Assembly: GCA_965242865.1 (NCBI GenBank)
Contig: CBDETK010000013.1
Location: 1,856,001-1,920,000, forward strand
From: Candidatus Latescibacterota bacterium
GTDB lineage: Bacteria > Latescibacterota > UBA2968 > UBA8231
Length of the DNA: 64,000 bases
Direction of reading: 5' to 3'
Part shown: positions 8,791 through 19,400 of the stretch, piece after piece
Layout of the letters: each line of letters begins with the position of its first letter
Position numbering within the stretch: position 1 is the first letter of the stretch
Translations under genes and position numbers: made by a program
The notes under the pieces: model-generated
Told to the model about the DNA's origin: nothing
What the model saw: the letters and a program-made list of their open reading frames with translations, nothing else
The model's database searches: none

Positions 8791-9591
8791 TCATATCCGC
8801 GTCAGAGCTTCGGTCGGCATCCAGCCGCCGAGGCCATTGGCCAGCCGCACCAACATCCAAGCCCCCTCTTGCCGCACCAAGCGTACCTTGGTGCCTTCGT
8901 GCGCGACAAAGACTTCGGTCTGCCCCAAGTCGGGGCCGGACCGGGCGCGTGCTTCGGCCACGGTGACGATGGCTTCGCTCGTCTGCGCCTGATGGCGGAG
9001 GCGCGTGCCCAGCCAGAGCGCGGACCCGACGCTCAGCCCCGCACAAAGCAAAACCCCGACTAGCCACAGCGCACCCGGGCGCGTCTGCGCGAAAAACCAC
9101 CGCACCCCCAAGACAAAGATCGCGAAAAACGCCGCGGCAAACAGCAGGCTGAGTTGGTTGAACGTAGGCCAGAAATAGGCGGCCACCAGCGCGGCGACGA
9201 GGACGCCGAGGCCGTCCTCAATTTGCGGGTCTCGATCCTTCTTCACTAGGCTGGCAAAGCGCAGATTGGCCTCAATGTCCTCGTCGTGCGGGGCCAAACG
9301 CCGCGCCCGTTCGTACCAGAGAATCGCTTCGCCCAGCTTCCCGGACTTAAAGCAGGCATTGCCCAGATTGTAGTAGAGCCGAGCGTCTTGCACCCCAGCG
9401 TCTGCCACCTCCAAGTACGTGCGCCGCGCCGCGGCAAAATCCCCGGCCCGATAGAGCGCGTTGGCCTCGTTGTACTGCCCAGCCGCGGCCGACTGGGCGT
9501 CGAGCACATAGGCGTCAAACAGGAGCAAAAGCAGGAAGGCGCAACGCCAAGCGGTACAGCCCTTGTCCCGATCCCGAAGCCCCCCCATCAT
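8791..9591 (-). CDS. batE: BatE-like TPR + SH3 domain protein
   Basis: TPR YYNLGNA..AILWYERA..DIEANL, TM segments, C-terminal SH3 HEGTKV..W..VRLANG..GW; operon position. Confidence 0.8.
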   Translation of the reverse strand: MMGGLRDRDKGCTAWRCAFLLLLLFDAYVLDAQSAAAGQYNEANALYRAGDFAAARRTYLEVADAGVQDARLYYNLGNACFKSGKLGEAILWYERARRLAPHDEDIEANLRFASLVKKDRDPQIEDGLGVLVAALVAAYFWPTFNQLSLLFAAAFFAIFVLGVRWFFAQTRPGALWLVGVLLCAGLSVGSALWLGTRLRHQAQTSEAIVTVAEARARSGPDLGQTEVFVAHEGTKVRLVRQEGAWMLVRLANGLGGWMPTEALTRI

Positions 9592-11351
9592 ATCCGCTTC
9601 TCCAAACCCGCGATCACTTCCCCGGCCAAACGCCGCGCGGTCGCCCGGTCCGTGGGCGGGCCGCCGGCCGGCGCGAAGCGGGCAAAATCGCAGCGCGTCA
9701 GCAGGTCGCGCAAGGCCGCAATCGTCTCGGCCTCAACCTGTTGCTCTGCTAAGGCCGCAGCGCAGACCTCCAGGGTCAAGCCCGCCGCCGCGAGATTGAG
9801 GCGGTCAGCCACAAACTCCAGCACCGCCGCACGCACCTCGCCGTAGAACTCGGCCTCACTGCCGCCAGCGAGCAAGGCATCGGCGCGGGCTAGGCGGCGA
9901 CTGGCTTCGCCCTTGGCGCGGCGCTGACGAGCGTACGCCACATCGCCTTGCAAGCGCCGCTGGTGGCGTTGCCACAACAGCAGGGCCACAAAGGCAATGG
10001 GCAGCGCACCTTGCACGCTCCAAAACCAAGAGCGCTCGTGTAGCATGGTGTGCGCGGCGAGGGTCTCGACATTGGGCTTGATGTGGCGAATGTCCTCGCC
10101 AACGGCCTCGATGTCGCGCCGGCTCAGCCCGTAGCTCACTTCTTCCTCCTCGACCCGCCCCTCGCTGTGAATGGCGATGGGATCGGACTCGAGGACCTCG
10201 TAGCGCGCTTGGTGGGGGTCGAAGTACGCAAAGCGCAACGGCGGAATGGTTAGGGTGCCGCCCTGCTCGGGAATCAAGATGTACTCAAAGAGGCGGCGGC
10301 CTCCATGCACCCCGTTGGTAATCCGCGTCTCTTCCTCGACCTTGGGGTCGTAGAGCTTGACGCCGGCCGCGGCATTGACTTGCAGGGGCTGCACCGCGGC
10401 CATGTTGCCCTCGCCCTCGACGAGCACCTGCAGCGTCACTGGATCCCCGGCCGCGACTTGGGTCGGCTGGGCCGCGACGCGGAGTTGGAAGCGGCCGACC
10501 GCGCCGGTAAATTCTGCGGGACGACCCTGCTCGGGCAGCGGTAGGACCTTTATTTGCAATTCCTCGCTTTGCAGGCGCACCGAGCGAGAGCGGCCAAAAA
10601 AGTCGTCGAACAGGCTGCCGCGGCGCGAGCGCTGTTGGGGAATGTCGCAGGAAACGGCCAACGCGCCGACCGCGTGCGTCCCCGCGCCGGTGGGAAAAAG
10701 GGCCACCCGTCGCAACGGCGCGACATTGAAAGACACGCCGGCGCGCACCTCCTGCCGCGCCTTGAGCTGTTGGGCGACAAAGAGGTCTTTGGTCCAGAAC
10801 CCGACAAAGGTCGGCAGCGTGTTGAAGCTGACGTTGTGCGGTTGGACGCGGTAGAACAGGTCGTAGGACACGGTGACCTGCTGCCCGACATACGCTCGCT
10901 CGTGGTCGGCGCGGGCCAACACGAAGATGGGAGGGTCTGCTTCGCCGGCTGACGTGCGGCTAGTGCCGGAGACGATCTCGACGGTAATGGGCTTGGTCTG
11001 ATAGGCGTCGCCGCCTATTTCGAGCCGCACCGGGCCGATGGTGAAGGTGCCGGCCCGCTTGGCATACAGGGCGTACGTTAGCTCGTGGGTGAAGCTGACG
11101 CTGGAAAAGTTGTTCATCTCCATCCGCGTACTAGTCGCTGGCCCCTCGACGTGGAAATCCGCTAGGTCGAGCGCGGGCGGCGTCACTTGGCCCAACTGTT
11201 TGTCCGAGGCAATGCGGAGCGTCAAGTGAATCGCCTCGCCCTGACTGGCGCGCGGGCGATCGACCGACGCCTCAAACTGAATCGTCGCCGCGGCAACGCG
11301 AAAGGCCGCCAGCACACTTAGCACGAGCCCGATGGCCAGCCGCACGCTCAC
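9588..11351 (-). CDS. batD: BatD family protein
   Basis: Signal peptide, repeated Ig-like modules (YVGQQV; FTGAVGRF; GEGN; YFDP), TM, C-terminal RFAP; bat operon context. Confidence 0.88.
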   Translation of the reverse strand: MSVRLAIGLVLSVLAAFRVAAATIQFEASVDRPRASQGEAIHLTLRIASDKQLGQVTPPALDLADFHVEGPATSTRMEMNNFSSVSFTHELTYALYAKRAGTFTIGPVRLEIGGDAYQTKPITVEIVSGTSRTSAGEADPPIFVLARADHERAYVGQQVTVSYDLFYRVQPHNVSFNTLPTFVGFWTKDLFVAQQLKARQEVRAGVSFNVAPLRRVALFPTGAGTHAVGALAVSCDIPQQRSRRGSLFDDFFGRSRSVRLQSEELQIKVLPLPEQGRPAEFTGAVGRFQLRVAAQPTQVAAGDPVTLQVLVEGEGNMAAVQPLQVNAAAGVKLYDPKVEEETRITNGVHGGRRLFEYILIPEQGGTLTIPPLRFAYFDPHQARYEVLESDPIAIHSEGRVEEEEVSYGLSRRDIEAVGEDIRHIKPNVETLAAHTMLHERSWFWSVQGALPIAFVALLLWQRHQRRLQGDVAYARQRRAKGEASRRLARADALLAGGSEAEFYGEVRAAVLEFVADRLNLAAAGLTLEVCAAALAEQQVEAETIAALRDLLTRCDFARFAPAGGPPTDRATARRLAGEVIAGLEKRI

Positions 11352-12112
11352 CAGTCCCTAGCCTGCGCTTTGCCCGTGGCGCGAAACCGGCGGTGTTGAG
11401 CTTCTAGCTCGCGGTTTTTGAGTGCATCCATGAGTTGCTGGGCTTCCTCGGGACTAATGGACCGCTGCTCGGGCGGCTGATCTTCCGGCTGTTGGTCCTG
11501 CCCGCTTTGCGGCTGTTGGTCCTCCGCCGAATCCTCCTGCTGGTCCTGCTGCTGTTGATCTTGCTGATCCTGTTGCTGTTGATCTTGGTCCTGCTGGTCC
11601 TGCTGTTGATCTTGCTCCTGTTGCTCCTGTTGCTCCTGCTCCGAATCCTCCTGCTGATCTTGCTCCTGCTGCTCCTGCTCCTGTTGCTCCTCCAATTTCT
11701 CCAAGGCCAATTCCAAATTCACCTTTGCGTCCTCGTCGGCTGGGTCTAGTTCCAGTGCCCGCTTGTAAGCGGCGATGGCCTGTTCAAACGCCTGCTGCTC
11801 GAAGAAGCTATTGCCCATGTTGTAATGGGCCTGCGCCTGAATTTCTCGCTCCTCAGCGCGGAGCACCTGCTCAAATTCTCGCACGGCTTGGTCGTACTCG
11901 CCGCGCTTAAAGAGCACATCCCCGACGTTGAAGTGTAGTTCGGGCGCGTCGGGTCGGTCGAGGAGCGCGTCGCGGTAGAGCTGTAGGGCTTGGTCGTACT
12001 CGCCGCGCTGGTAGTGCTCCAAAGCCTCGGCGCTCTTGCTGGCCACGGGATCGCCCACCGTCGCCCCGCAGACGATCAGCCAGATAACTGAGACGACCCA
12101 TAACATGACCAT
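11348..12112 (-). CDS. batC: BatC-like TPR protein with Q/D/E-rich linker
   Basis: TPR repeats (HFNVG, HYNMGN, AKVNLELA), Q-rich tract, C-terminal RDW; start ATG 12112 overlaps batB TAA. Confidence 0.82.
   Translation of the reverse strand: MVMLWVVSVIWLIVCGATVGDPVASKSAEALEHYQRGEYDQALQLYRDALLDRPDAPELHFNVGDVLFKRGEYDQAVREFEQVLRAEEREIQAQAHYNMGNSFFEQQAFEQAIAAYKRALELDPADEDAKVNLELALEKLEEQQEQEQQEQDQQEDSEQEQQEQQEQDQQQDQQDQDQQQQDQQDQQQQDQQEDSAEDQQPQSGQDQQPEDQPPEQRSISPEEAQQLMDALKNRELEAQHRRFRATGKAQARDW
11430..11695 (-). repeat. Low-complexity coding repeat (Gln/Glu/Asp) inside batC
   Basis: Imperfect tandem tgctcctgt/tgctgatct units encoding QQE/QQD. Confidence 0.8.
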
Positions 12113-13137
12113 TAGGCGAACCGCCCCTTCCACTCGCGGGTTTGCACCCGCGCATCGCCTAAGAAAGCCTCGGCAAAGAAACAGCAAAGGGCCAAGAATA
12201 AGGGCCATTGGAAGCGCTCCTGATAGCGGGTGAGGCGGGTAGAGCCGATTTCGCGTTGATCCATCTCGGCGATCTGGTCGTACAAGGCGGTCAATTCCGC
12301 GCCGCCCAAAGTGCTGCGAAAGTAATCGCCCCCGGTCTCCAACGCCATGTCCTGCAAGGTGCGCTCGTCGAGCCGGGTTTTGACGTATTGGCCGCGCTGA
12401 TCCTTGTGAAAGCGCACCCCGCCCCCGGCCTCCTCCGTGGGAATGAGCTCGCCATCGGGCGTCCCCAAGCCCAAGGCAAAGAGGAGCACGCCCTGTTCGG
12501 CCGCCGCTTGCGCCGCGGCCAGCGGCTGCCCCAGGTGATCTTCGCCGTCAGTGAAAAGAACAATGGCCTTGTGCTGGCCTTCGCCCTCGTCAAACGAGCG
12601 CGTGGCGAGCCGCACGGCGTCGCCAATGGCCGTCCCCTGAACCGGTATCGACCCGGGCTCCAGCACATCGAGAAACATTTCCACGGCTCCGTAGTCGCTC
12701 GTCAGCGGGCATTGTACAAAGGCTTGGCCGGCAAAAATTACCAACCCGACGCGGTCGCCCCGCAGCAAGTCCAACAGGCCGCGAATTTGGTGCTTGGCCC
12801 GCGCCAAGCGGCTCGGCTTGACGTCCTCGGCCTGCATGCTGCGCGACACATCGAGCACCAGCATCACATCGACGCCCTTGCGCTGGGCCATTTCGAGTTG
12901 AGTGCCAAATTGGGGGCCGGTCAGCGCGAGGATCGCAAAGAAGGTCCCCAGCCCCAACAGGACGCACTTGCCCACTTGACGGCTGCGGCTCAGGTTGCGG
13001 GTCAGCTTCTCGGCGAGCGGGCCGCGCACAAAATGGGCCAAGGCGCGGCCGCGCGCCCAGAATGCCCAGGCAAAAAAGGCCGCCATACAAGGCAGGAGCA
13101 ATAGGAACCAAAAATTGTACAAGTTTGCAAAGCGCAT
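12112..13137 (-). CDS. batB: BatB-like vWA domain membrane protein
   Basis: MIDAS DVSRSM, PSRL, PLTSD, TDGED. Confidence 0.88.
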   Translation of the reverse strand: MRFANLYNFWFLLLLPCMAAFFAWAFWARGRALAHFVRGPLAEKLTRNLSRSRQVGKCVLLGLGTFFAILALTGPQFGTQLEMAQRKGVDVMLVLDVSRSMQAEDVKPSRLARAKHQIRGLLDLLRGDRVGLVIFAGQAFVQCPLTSDYGAVEMFLDVLEPGSIPVQGTAIGDAVRLATRSFDEGEGQHKAIVLFTDGEDHLGQPLAAAQAAAEQGVLLFALGLGTPDGELIPTEEAGGGVRFHKDQRGQYVKTRLDERTLQDMALETGGDYFRSTLGGAELTALYDQIAEMDQREIGSTRLTRYQERFQWPLFLALCCFFAEAFLGDARVQTREWKGRFA

Positions 13138-13143
13138 ACAACC

Positions 13144-14148
13144 TCAGGGCAGCGAGCGGAAGCGGGTGTGGGCCAACAGGATCTCCACCAACAGCAGGCC
13201 CAAGCCCACGTAGAGAAAATAGGCAAAGCGCTCGGAATAGTTCAGGTGGATTGCGGATTGGAACTCGGTGGCCTCTAACTCGCCGATTTCGCGGTAGATG
13301 GCCGCCAGCTTTTCTTCGCTCGTGGCTCGGTAGTACTGGCCGCCGGTGCGCGCGGCCACCTCCTGCAAGGTCTCCTCGTCGATCTCGACCTGTACGGTCT
13401 GGTAGCGGGTGCCAAAAACCCCGCGCACCGGCCGGCGAATCTCCCCGTCGCTGCCCACGCCAATGGTGTAGATTCGGATGCCCACGGCCGCGGCCGCTTC
13501 AGCCGCGGTCAACGGCTCCACCTCGCCGGCGTTGTTCACGCCATCGGTCAGCAGAATGATCACCCGGCTCTCCGCGTCCGAGTCGCGCAGGCGGTTGCAG
13601 GCGTTGATCAGCGCCATGCCAATGGCCGTGCCATCCCATTCCTCGCTGGCGATTTCCACGCCTTCGAGAAACTCCAACAACACCCGATAGTCGAGGGTCA
13701 GCGGGCACTGGGTGAAGCTCTCGCCGGCAAAAACGACCATGCCGATGCGGTCGCTGTGGCGGCCGGCGATAAAGTCGGCCACCACTTCCTTGGCCACCTG
13801 CAAGCGGCTCTTCTGGCCCTCGTCTAGATCGTTCAGCTCCATGCTCGAGGAGAGGTCCAAGGTCAGCATGATGTCGATGCCCTCGCCCGATATTTCCCGC
13901 ACCTCGCGCCCCGCTTGCGGGCGAGCCATGGCCGCGACCAAGCAGCCCAAGCCGAGGAGCCGCAAGACGAGCAGGCCGTGCCGCAGCTTGGTCCACAGCG
14001 ACGTCGTGGCGCGGCGCAACACCCCGAGGTCGGAAAACTGCACACTGCTGCGGCGGCCTTGGTGGGCGCGCACATAGCTGTAGAGCAAGACCGGCAGCAG
14101 CAGCAGCAAGAACAGCCACTCGGGATTTTCAAACCGGATGTTCGGCAT
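13144..14148 (-). CDS. batA: BatA-like vWA domain membrane protein
   Basis: AMARPQ, MIDAS DLSSSM, GTAIG, LTDGVNNAG; start ATG 14148 (MPNIRFENP). Confidence 0.9.
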   Translation of the reverse strand: MPNIRFENPEWLFLLLLLPVLLYSYVRAHQGRRSSVQFSDLGVLRRATTSLWTKLRHGLLVLRLLGLGCLVAAMARPQAGREVREISGEGIDIMLTLDLSSSMELNDLDEGQKSRLQVAKEVVADFIAGRHSDRIGMVVFAGESFTQCPLTLDYRVLLEFLEGVEIASEEWDGTAIGMALINACNRLRDSDAESRVIILLTDGVNNAGEVEPLTAAEAAAAVGIRIYTIGVGSDGEIRRPVRGVFGTRYQTVQVEIDEETLQEVAARTGGQYYRATSEEKLAAIYREIGELEATEFQSAIHLNYSERFAYFLYVGLGLLLVEILLAHTRFRSLP

Positions 14149-15061
14149 GCTCCTCAGCCGCGCGCGGGGCGACCGCCTCCTCAATAGAGCGCAATAGGGC
14201 CAAGCCGACCTCCGGGGCGCGTCGGGCCGCGTCGAGGGCCGGATGGAAGCGGGCGAACTTCACCAAGTCGGCCTCGCGCAAATAGTCGATGATCTGCGGC
14301 CGCAGCGCGGCATCCACTTCAGCCGCTTGCAGCGCGTCCGCCAGCTCCGCGGTGGTCTGCTCCATCGCTTCAATGGCTAAGTGCTCCTCCAAGCAGCGGC
14401 GCAGGTTCTCCGAAAGCAGCGAGTAATAGGTTTTGAACTCGCCGCGCTCCAATAGGCCAGCGGCGGCGATGCGGGCAAATTCGGCCGCGTAGTCTATGGG
14501 CTCGGGCGGCGGCGGAGGCTGGGGGGCGCGAGTGCGGCGACGCCAGAGCCAAACGCCGGCGAATGCACACAGTGCCAACGCCAGTAGGCCGACTGCTACA
14601 ACCACCCACAAAGGCACGCCCCCCGGGACGAGCACCGGCGGTTTGATGGCGCGCAGCTGGTCCTCCCCTTCGCTGCGGGCGCTGATGATCTCTATGGCGA
14701 GGGGTTGGGTCGAGCGCAGGAGCGTGTCGCCGGCCGCCCGGACAAAGGGCACGGCCACGGCCGGGACCTCGTGGACCCCCAGCTCGTAGAGACGCAGCTC
14801 GCATGTTTGCGCGAGTTGGGGGCCGGTCGCGGCCTCGCGTGGGTGCCAGCCGGCGCAGCGCGGGGCAAAATCCCGCAGGAGCTGGGCCAGCTCCGGGGCT
14901 TCGGGACGGGCGGTGGCGTCGTGGTGGAGGGTCAACGTCAGGCCGATGGGATCGCCCACCCGGGCCGAGGCCGTGTCCAAAACCGCCTCGGCCCGGGGGA
15001 TTTGGGCGGCGAGCCCCTCGGCGAGGATCATGAGCGCGGCGAGCAAACCGCCGATATACAT
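14129..15061 (-). CDS. Conserved bat-operon membrane protein (Ig-like domain, TM, C-terminal EADLVKFA)
   Basis: MEQTTAEL..ADLVKFAR resembles the hypothetical gene preceding batA. Confidence 0.75.
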   Translation of the reverse strand: MYIGGLLAALMILAEGLAAQIPRAEAVLDTASARVGDPIGLTLTLHHDATARPEAPELAQLLRDFAPRCAGWHPREAATGPQLAQTCELRLYELGVHEVPAVAVPFVRAAGDTLLRSTQPLAIEIISARSEGEDQLRAIKPPVLVPGGVPLWVVVAVGLLALALCAFAGVWLWRRRTRAPQPPPPPEPIDYAAEFARIAAAGLLERGEFKTYYSLLSENLRRCLEEHLAIEAMEQTTAELADALQAAEVDAALRPQIIDYLREADLVKFARFHPALDAARRAPEVGLALLRSIEEAVAPRAAEEHAEHPV

Positions 15062-16476
15062 TACGGACTGTCAGCGCCGCCGTCGTTGGGGTCTTCGCTG
15101 CCAGCGGCGGGTGCGGCCGGCTCTTTGGCGGCCTGCGCCACATCGTCTAAGCCCAAGTCCAACTCGGCGAAGTCGTCGTCGCTCACGACGTACACCGCGT
15201 CGTCGCCTTCCTGTTGCAGGTATGAGGTCCCGGCCGCTTGGCTGAAGCGAGCGGTCAGGACGGCTTGCCCCGCGCCGAGCAGCTCGATGCGGAAGGCCGG
15301 CGCGGCCTCGGCCGGCAGGTCCGCGGCAAAGCCTTGGACTTCGAGCTGCTCCAAGTCGCTCAGGAGGCTGTTGAACTTCCACGATTTGGCGTCGCGCCCG
15401 CTGGGGTCTGACAGGTGCCACGCCCCGCTGGTGTCCTGGTCCGCGGCAAACGCGACCCCTGCTTGGCGCGTTAGGACGATGCGCTCGACCTGTTCGCGCT
15501 CAAAGCGCAAGGGCTTTTTGTCGCGCAGGTCGGACCGGTCCTTGACGAGCTCCTGCACCAGCGTCGAATCGACCAAGAACACCTGCGGCCGGCTGGCGTC
15601 GCGTGCGTACCAACGGCCTTGTTCGTCCGCGCCGCCAATGGCCAAGCGCTTCTCGGCCCGGTCTTCGCCGATGAGCAGGGCGATTTCCACGTGCGGCGAG
15701 CGGTCGCCCAAACCGTAGCGGGCCAACGCATCGGCATCGGGGTCTTCGGCGACAAACTCCTCGATCTCGGCTTGGTCAATTTTGTCGAGCAGGGCACTTA
15801 CCGCGTCCGCGTCGGCGCGGGCCGCAACTGGCTCGCGCAGGTGCCAGTCGGGCGCGCTCCGTGCGAGTACGGCCTCTCCGCCCGCGCCCTGCCGCTCGAC
15901 CTGCATCACCTCGTCTTTGGCAAAGGCCAGCACCCGGCGGTCGCGCAGGTCAAACGCCTGCTTGTCGAGGTTGTCAAAGCGCCAAGCGCGCACCACAAAG
16001 ATCGCGGGATTGTCGCCTTGGAGTTGGGCGTAGGTGAAGCGATCGGTGGGACTGTCCGCGCCAAAAGCCACCACCTGCTCCGCGCCATCTTCGGTTTGCA
16101 GCCGCACCTTGAGCCGCGGCGCGTCCAGCCCGTATTGGGCGGCTTGCTCGGCAGAAACCGCCGCGCTATCGACGATCACCTTTTCCCGCTCGCATTCGCG
16201 CAAATTGCGCAAGTAGCGCTCTACGGCCTCTGGGTCCGCGCCGTCGACCACGGGTTCTTTTAGGGTCCAGCCGCTCGCCTCTTGGGCCAACACCAAGGCC
16301 TCGTCGCCGCGCACCAGCGCGAGTTGCTGGGCTTCGCCGTCTTGGAAGGCGAACAACTGCTTGGATTGTTCGGCTTCTTGGCGGCGCTCCTCGCCGCCCT
16401 TGATCTCGTAGAAATAGACAAAGGCCAACAGCGCGAGGAAAATGAGGCCGATCACTGCATTGGTCTTGAATTTCAT
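15061..16476 (-). CDS. DUF4340 domain protein (repeated modules)
   Basis: N-terminal TM, repeated W.L.EPV..AD..AV, YGL, DLRD motifs; follows a GldG-type gene. Confidence 0.82.
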   Translation of the reverse strand: MKFKTNAVIGLIFLALLAFVYFYEIKGGEERRQEAEQSKQLFAFQDGEAQQLALVRGDEALVLAQEASGWTLKEPVVDGADPEAVERYLRNLRECEREKVIVDSAAVSAEQAAQYGLDAPRLKVRLQTEDGAEQVVAFGADSPTDRFTYAQLQGDNPAIFVVRAWRFDNLDKQAFDLRDRRVLAFAKDEVMQVERQGAGGEAVLARSAPDWHLREPVAARADADAVSALLDKIDQAEIEEFVAEDPDADALARYGLGDRSPHVEIALLIGEDRAEKRLAIGGADEQGRWYARDASRPQVFLVDSTLVQELVKDRSDLRDKKPLRFEREQVERIVLTRQAGVAFAADQDTSGAWHLSDPSGRDAKSWKFNSLLSDLEQLEVQGFAADLPAEAAPAFRIELLGAGQAVLTARFSQAAGTSYLQQEGDDAVYVVSDDDFAELDLGLDDVAQAAKEPAAPAAGSEDPNDGGADSP

Positions 16477-16477
16477 A

Positions 16478-19400
16478 CTAGCTCCCTAGCTCCTCTTGAA
16501 CAAAGACCTTTTTGATCCACACCAGAATGGCCGCGTTGACCACGAAGACCGCAGCGTAAATTAGCTGAACCGTCTCGTGGGGGATCAGCGAGAACCCGAG
16601 GCTGGCCCCGGTGAAAATCGTCAGGGCGACCACGCCGGCACACACCACTGAAAACGCCAAGCCGGCCTGCCAAGCCCACGCCGCATGCCGATAGAGGCCG
16701 TAGCCAATAGCGGCCGAGGCCAAGGCCGCGATCAATTTGACCTCCCCCTCAAACACCGACCCCTCGCTGGTGGCAATGATGCCGCTGATGAAGAAAAACG
16801 TCGCGTTGCCCCAAAAGGTGTACACCAGCCACGAGACAAACCCATCGGCGTAGGTCTGATAGCCGCGCCTGAGCACCATGACCAAGCCCGACAACGCGAC
16901 CGCAAAGGGCACGATGAACACCGAGATCCACAGAATGACCGCGCCCTGATTGCCGATCAGGTTGATGGGGTTAAAGGCGGGCTGCTTGTCGGCGATGGTG
17001 AGGCGGTCTTCGTCCTCGGTCAGCCAGCGGACGTTGCCGATGAATAGCTCGCCATTGGCCTGCTGGGCAAAGTACTGGTTGGAGGCAAAGTCTGAGTCGC
17101 CGATGACCACCAAGCGCGTCCGTCCCTCGGGCGCCAAGCTGGTATCGACGGCCGCGGAGACCGCCATGCCCAGCGGCACCGGGCCGCGCAGGTCCGCTTC
17201 TGGGTCGAATGCCACCTCGCCGCCCTCGCCCACGATGGGCGCGAGGTCGGTTTCACCCCAACTGTTTTTGTGGGTGTACGCCAACGCGGCAAGGTCCGGG
17301 TCTTTGACTTTGAGCCGGTGCTCGGTCGGCTGCACCGAGCGCGCCAGCGGGAAGAAGGTCATCATCCCTGCGGATAGCTCTTGGGTGATCGGGTGATCGC
17401 CGTAGTTGATGACCACCGGCACAGAGGCCTCCGCGCCAAACAGCTGGCCCAAGCCGCTCAGATCGACGACAAAGTCCTGCCCCAACGCAATCGAGTACTC
17501 GTTCAACAGCGCTTCGAGCCCGGTCGGCTGGCCCGGGTCGAGCAACAACAGCGCCCGGCCCCCGCGTGCCAAGTATTGCCGCAGCACCTCGGCTTCGGCC
17601 GCGGCAAAGCGCTCGGTTGGCCCCAAAACCACCACCAACGTGGCGTCGTCCGGCACGGGCTCGGCCAGCGTCAGCTCTTCCTCGACCGCGAAGTTGAGCT
17701 CCTTGAGGCGGCCCTTGAGGGTGGAATAGCCCTGCTCATCGACCTGATCCAACTCGGCCTCGCCGTGGCCGCTGGTGAAATAGGCCCTTAGTTCGCGGCC
17801 CTTGAGCGCCTTGAGAATGGCGTTGCTGAGCGCCTCCTCGCTCTGGGCGGTAATGCGCTCGGTGCGCACCTGCCCTTCGTCGATCACCTCGACAATCGAG
17901 GTCCCGCGCTCGCGGATGTTGTTTTGCTCGACGCGCAGCCGGTTTTTCTGCGGATCGAGCAGCTCGTAATCAAAGTGGGGCGACACATAGCGGTACTCCC
18001 TCAACAAATCCTCAAAGCGCACGTTCTCCAGCTCGCCCATGAAGGTCTTGACGTGGACGTACTGGCCGTTGGCTTGGAGCGGCTCGAGCAGCCGGTGGGT
18101 GTCGCCGGAGAGCGTGAAGAGCGCGTCGGCCGTCATGTCCTTGCGGAAGTGATAGCGGTCGCCGAGGAAGTTGACCAGCGCGGCAATGCCGAGCGAAATC
18201 ACAATGCCCAGCCCGGCCGCGCTCAAGTCGGCCAAGCTCCAGCGCCCCTTGCGCGAGACGACCGCAATGCCGACCAAGGCGATCAGCCCCGGGTAGAGCA
18301 CCACGCTGAGCCAGAAAATCCACTCGCTGTCGCTTTCGGTCAGGGCGATGGGGTTGTGGCCCGGCTCGCGGGGGCGAATCGAGATCAGGGCCTCGTCTTC
18401 GGCCAGCCAGCTCAGCGCGTTGAGCACCAAGTCTCCGTTGCCTTGGACGCCGAAGTACTGGTTGGTGGCAAAGTCCGAATCCCCAAAGACCACTAAGCGG
18501 CCCCCGGCCGCGGGGTCGCGGGCTGCGACCGCCAAAGACACCGGCCCGGGCTGATCGACGCCTTCGTCGAGCTTGACCGTCTGGTTGCCTTCGCCGGTGA
18601 GGACGCTCAAGTCGGTTTCGGCCCAACCGGCCTCTGAGGTCTGGACCAGCGTGGCCCCCTCGCGGCCAACCTCCTCGTCAAAATGCACTGAGCGCCCGAG
18701 CTGGAAGAAGGTCATCAGCCCCTCGTGCTTGCGCGTGACCGGATGGTCGCCGTAGGAGAGGGCGACTGGCGTGGTAAAATCGAGGCCAAAGAGCGAGCCA
18801 ATCCCGCTGGTGTCGATGACGAAGTCGTCGCCGACCGCCACGCCCCACTCGCTCAACAGCTCCTCTAAGCCGCTGTCGGCGAGCGGGTCCAAGAGCAAGA
18901 GCAAGGCTCCGCCTGCTGCTAGGTACGAGCGGATGGCTTCGACCTCCCCCGGAAAGAAGGGCGTGCGCGGGCCTGCGACCACGAGCACGGCGCAATTTTG
19001 CGGCACCGCCCCCTCGCGGGCGAGGAAGAGCGAATCTTCAACCGCGTAGTCGATCTCGCCCAACTGGGCCTGCAACTGGGCCAGCCCATCGGGTTGGTTG
19101 GCGAGCTGGCGCTCGCCGTGCCCCACCGTCAGGTAAATTCGGTCTTGGCGCTCGCGCGTCAGCTTGAGCAACGAGTTGACGATCTCGCGCTCTTCGAGCT
19201 CGGTGATTTGCTGTTGTTTGTCGCCGCTTTCCAATACCAGCGTGTCGTAGCGGCGGATGCCGTAGTCCTCGGTGCGGCCCGGGTCGCGGTCTGGATCGAT
19301 GAATTCGTAGCTGAAGCGGGTGTTGTACGTCTCCAGCTCGGCCAGCAGCAGCTCGAGCTCGGGGTTTTCTCCGCCCTCCATAAAGGCGAGGGCGTGGACA

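Noticed and set aside
11430-11695. Tandem short repeats resembling a CRISPR or VNTR
   Set aside because: No constant repeat with unique spacers; in-frame Gln/Glu/Asp linker typical of BatC
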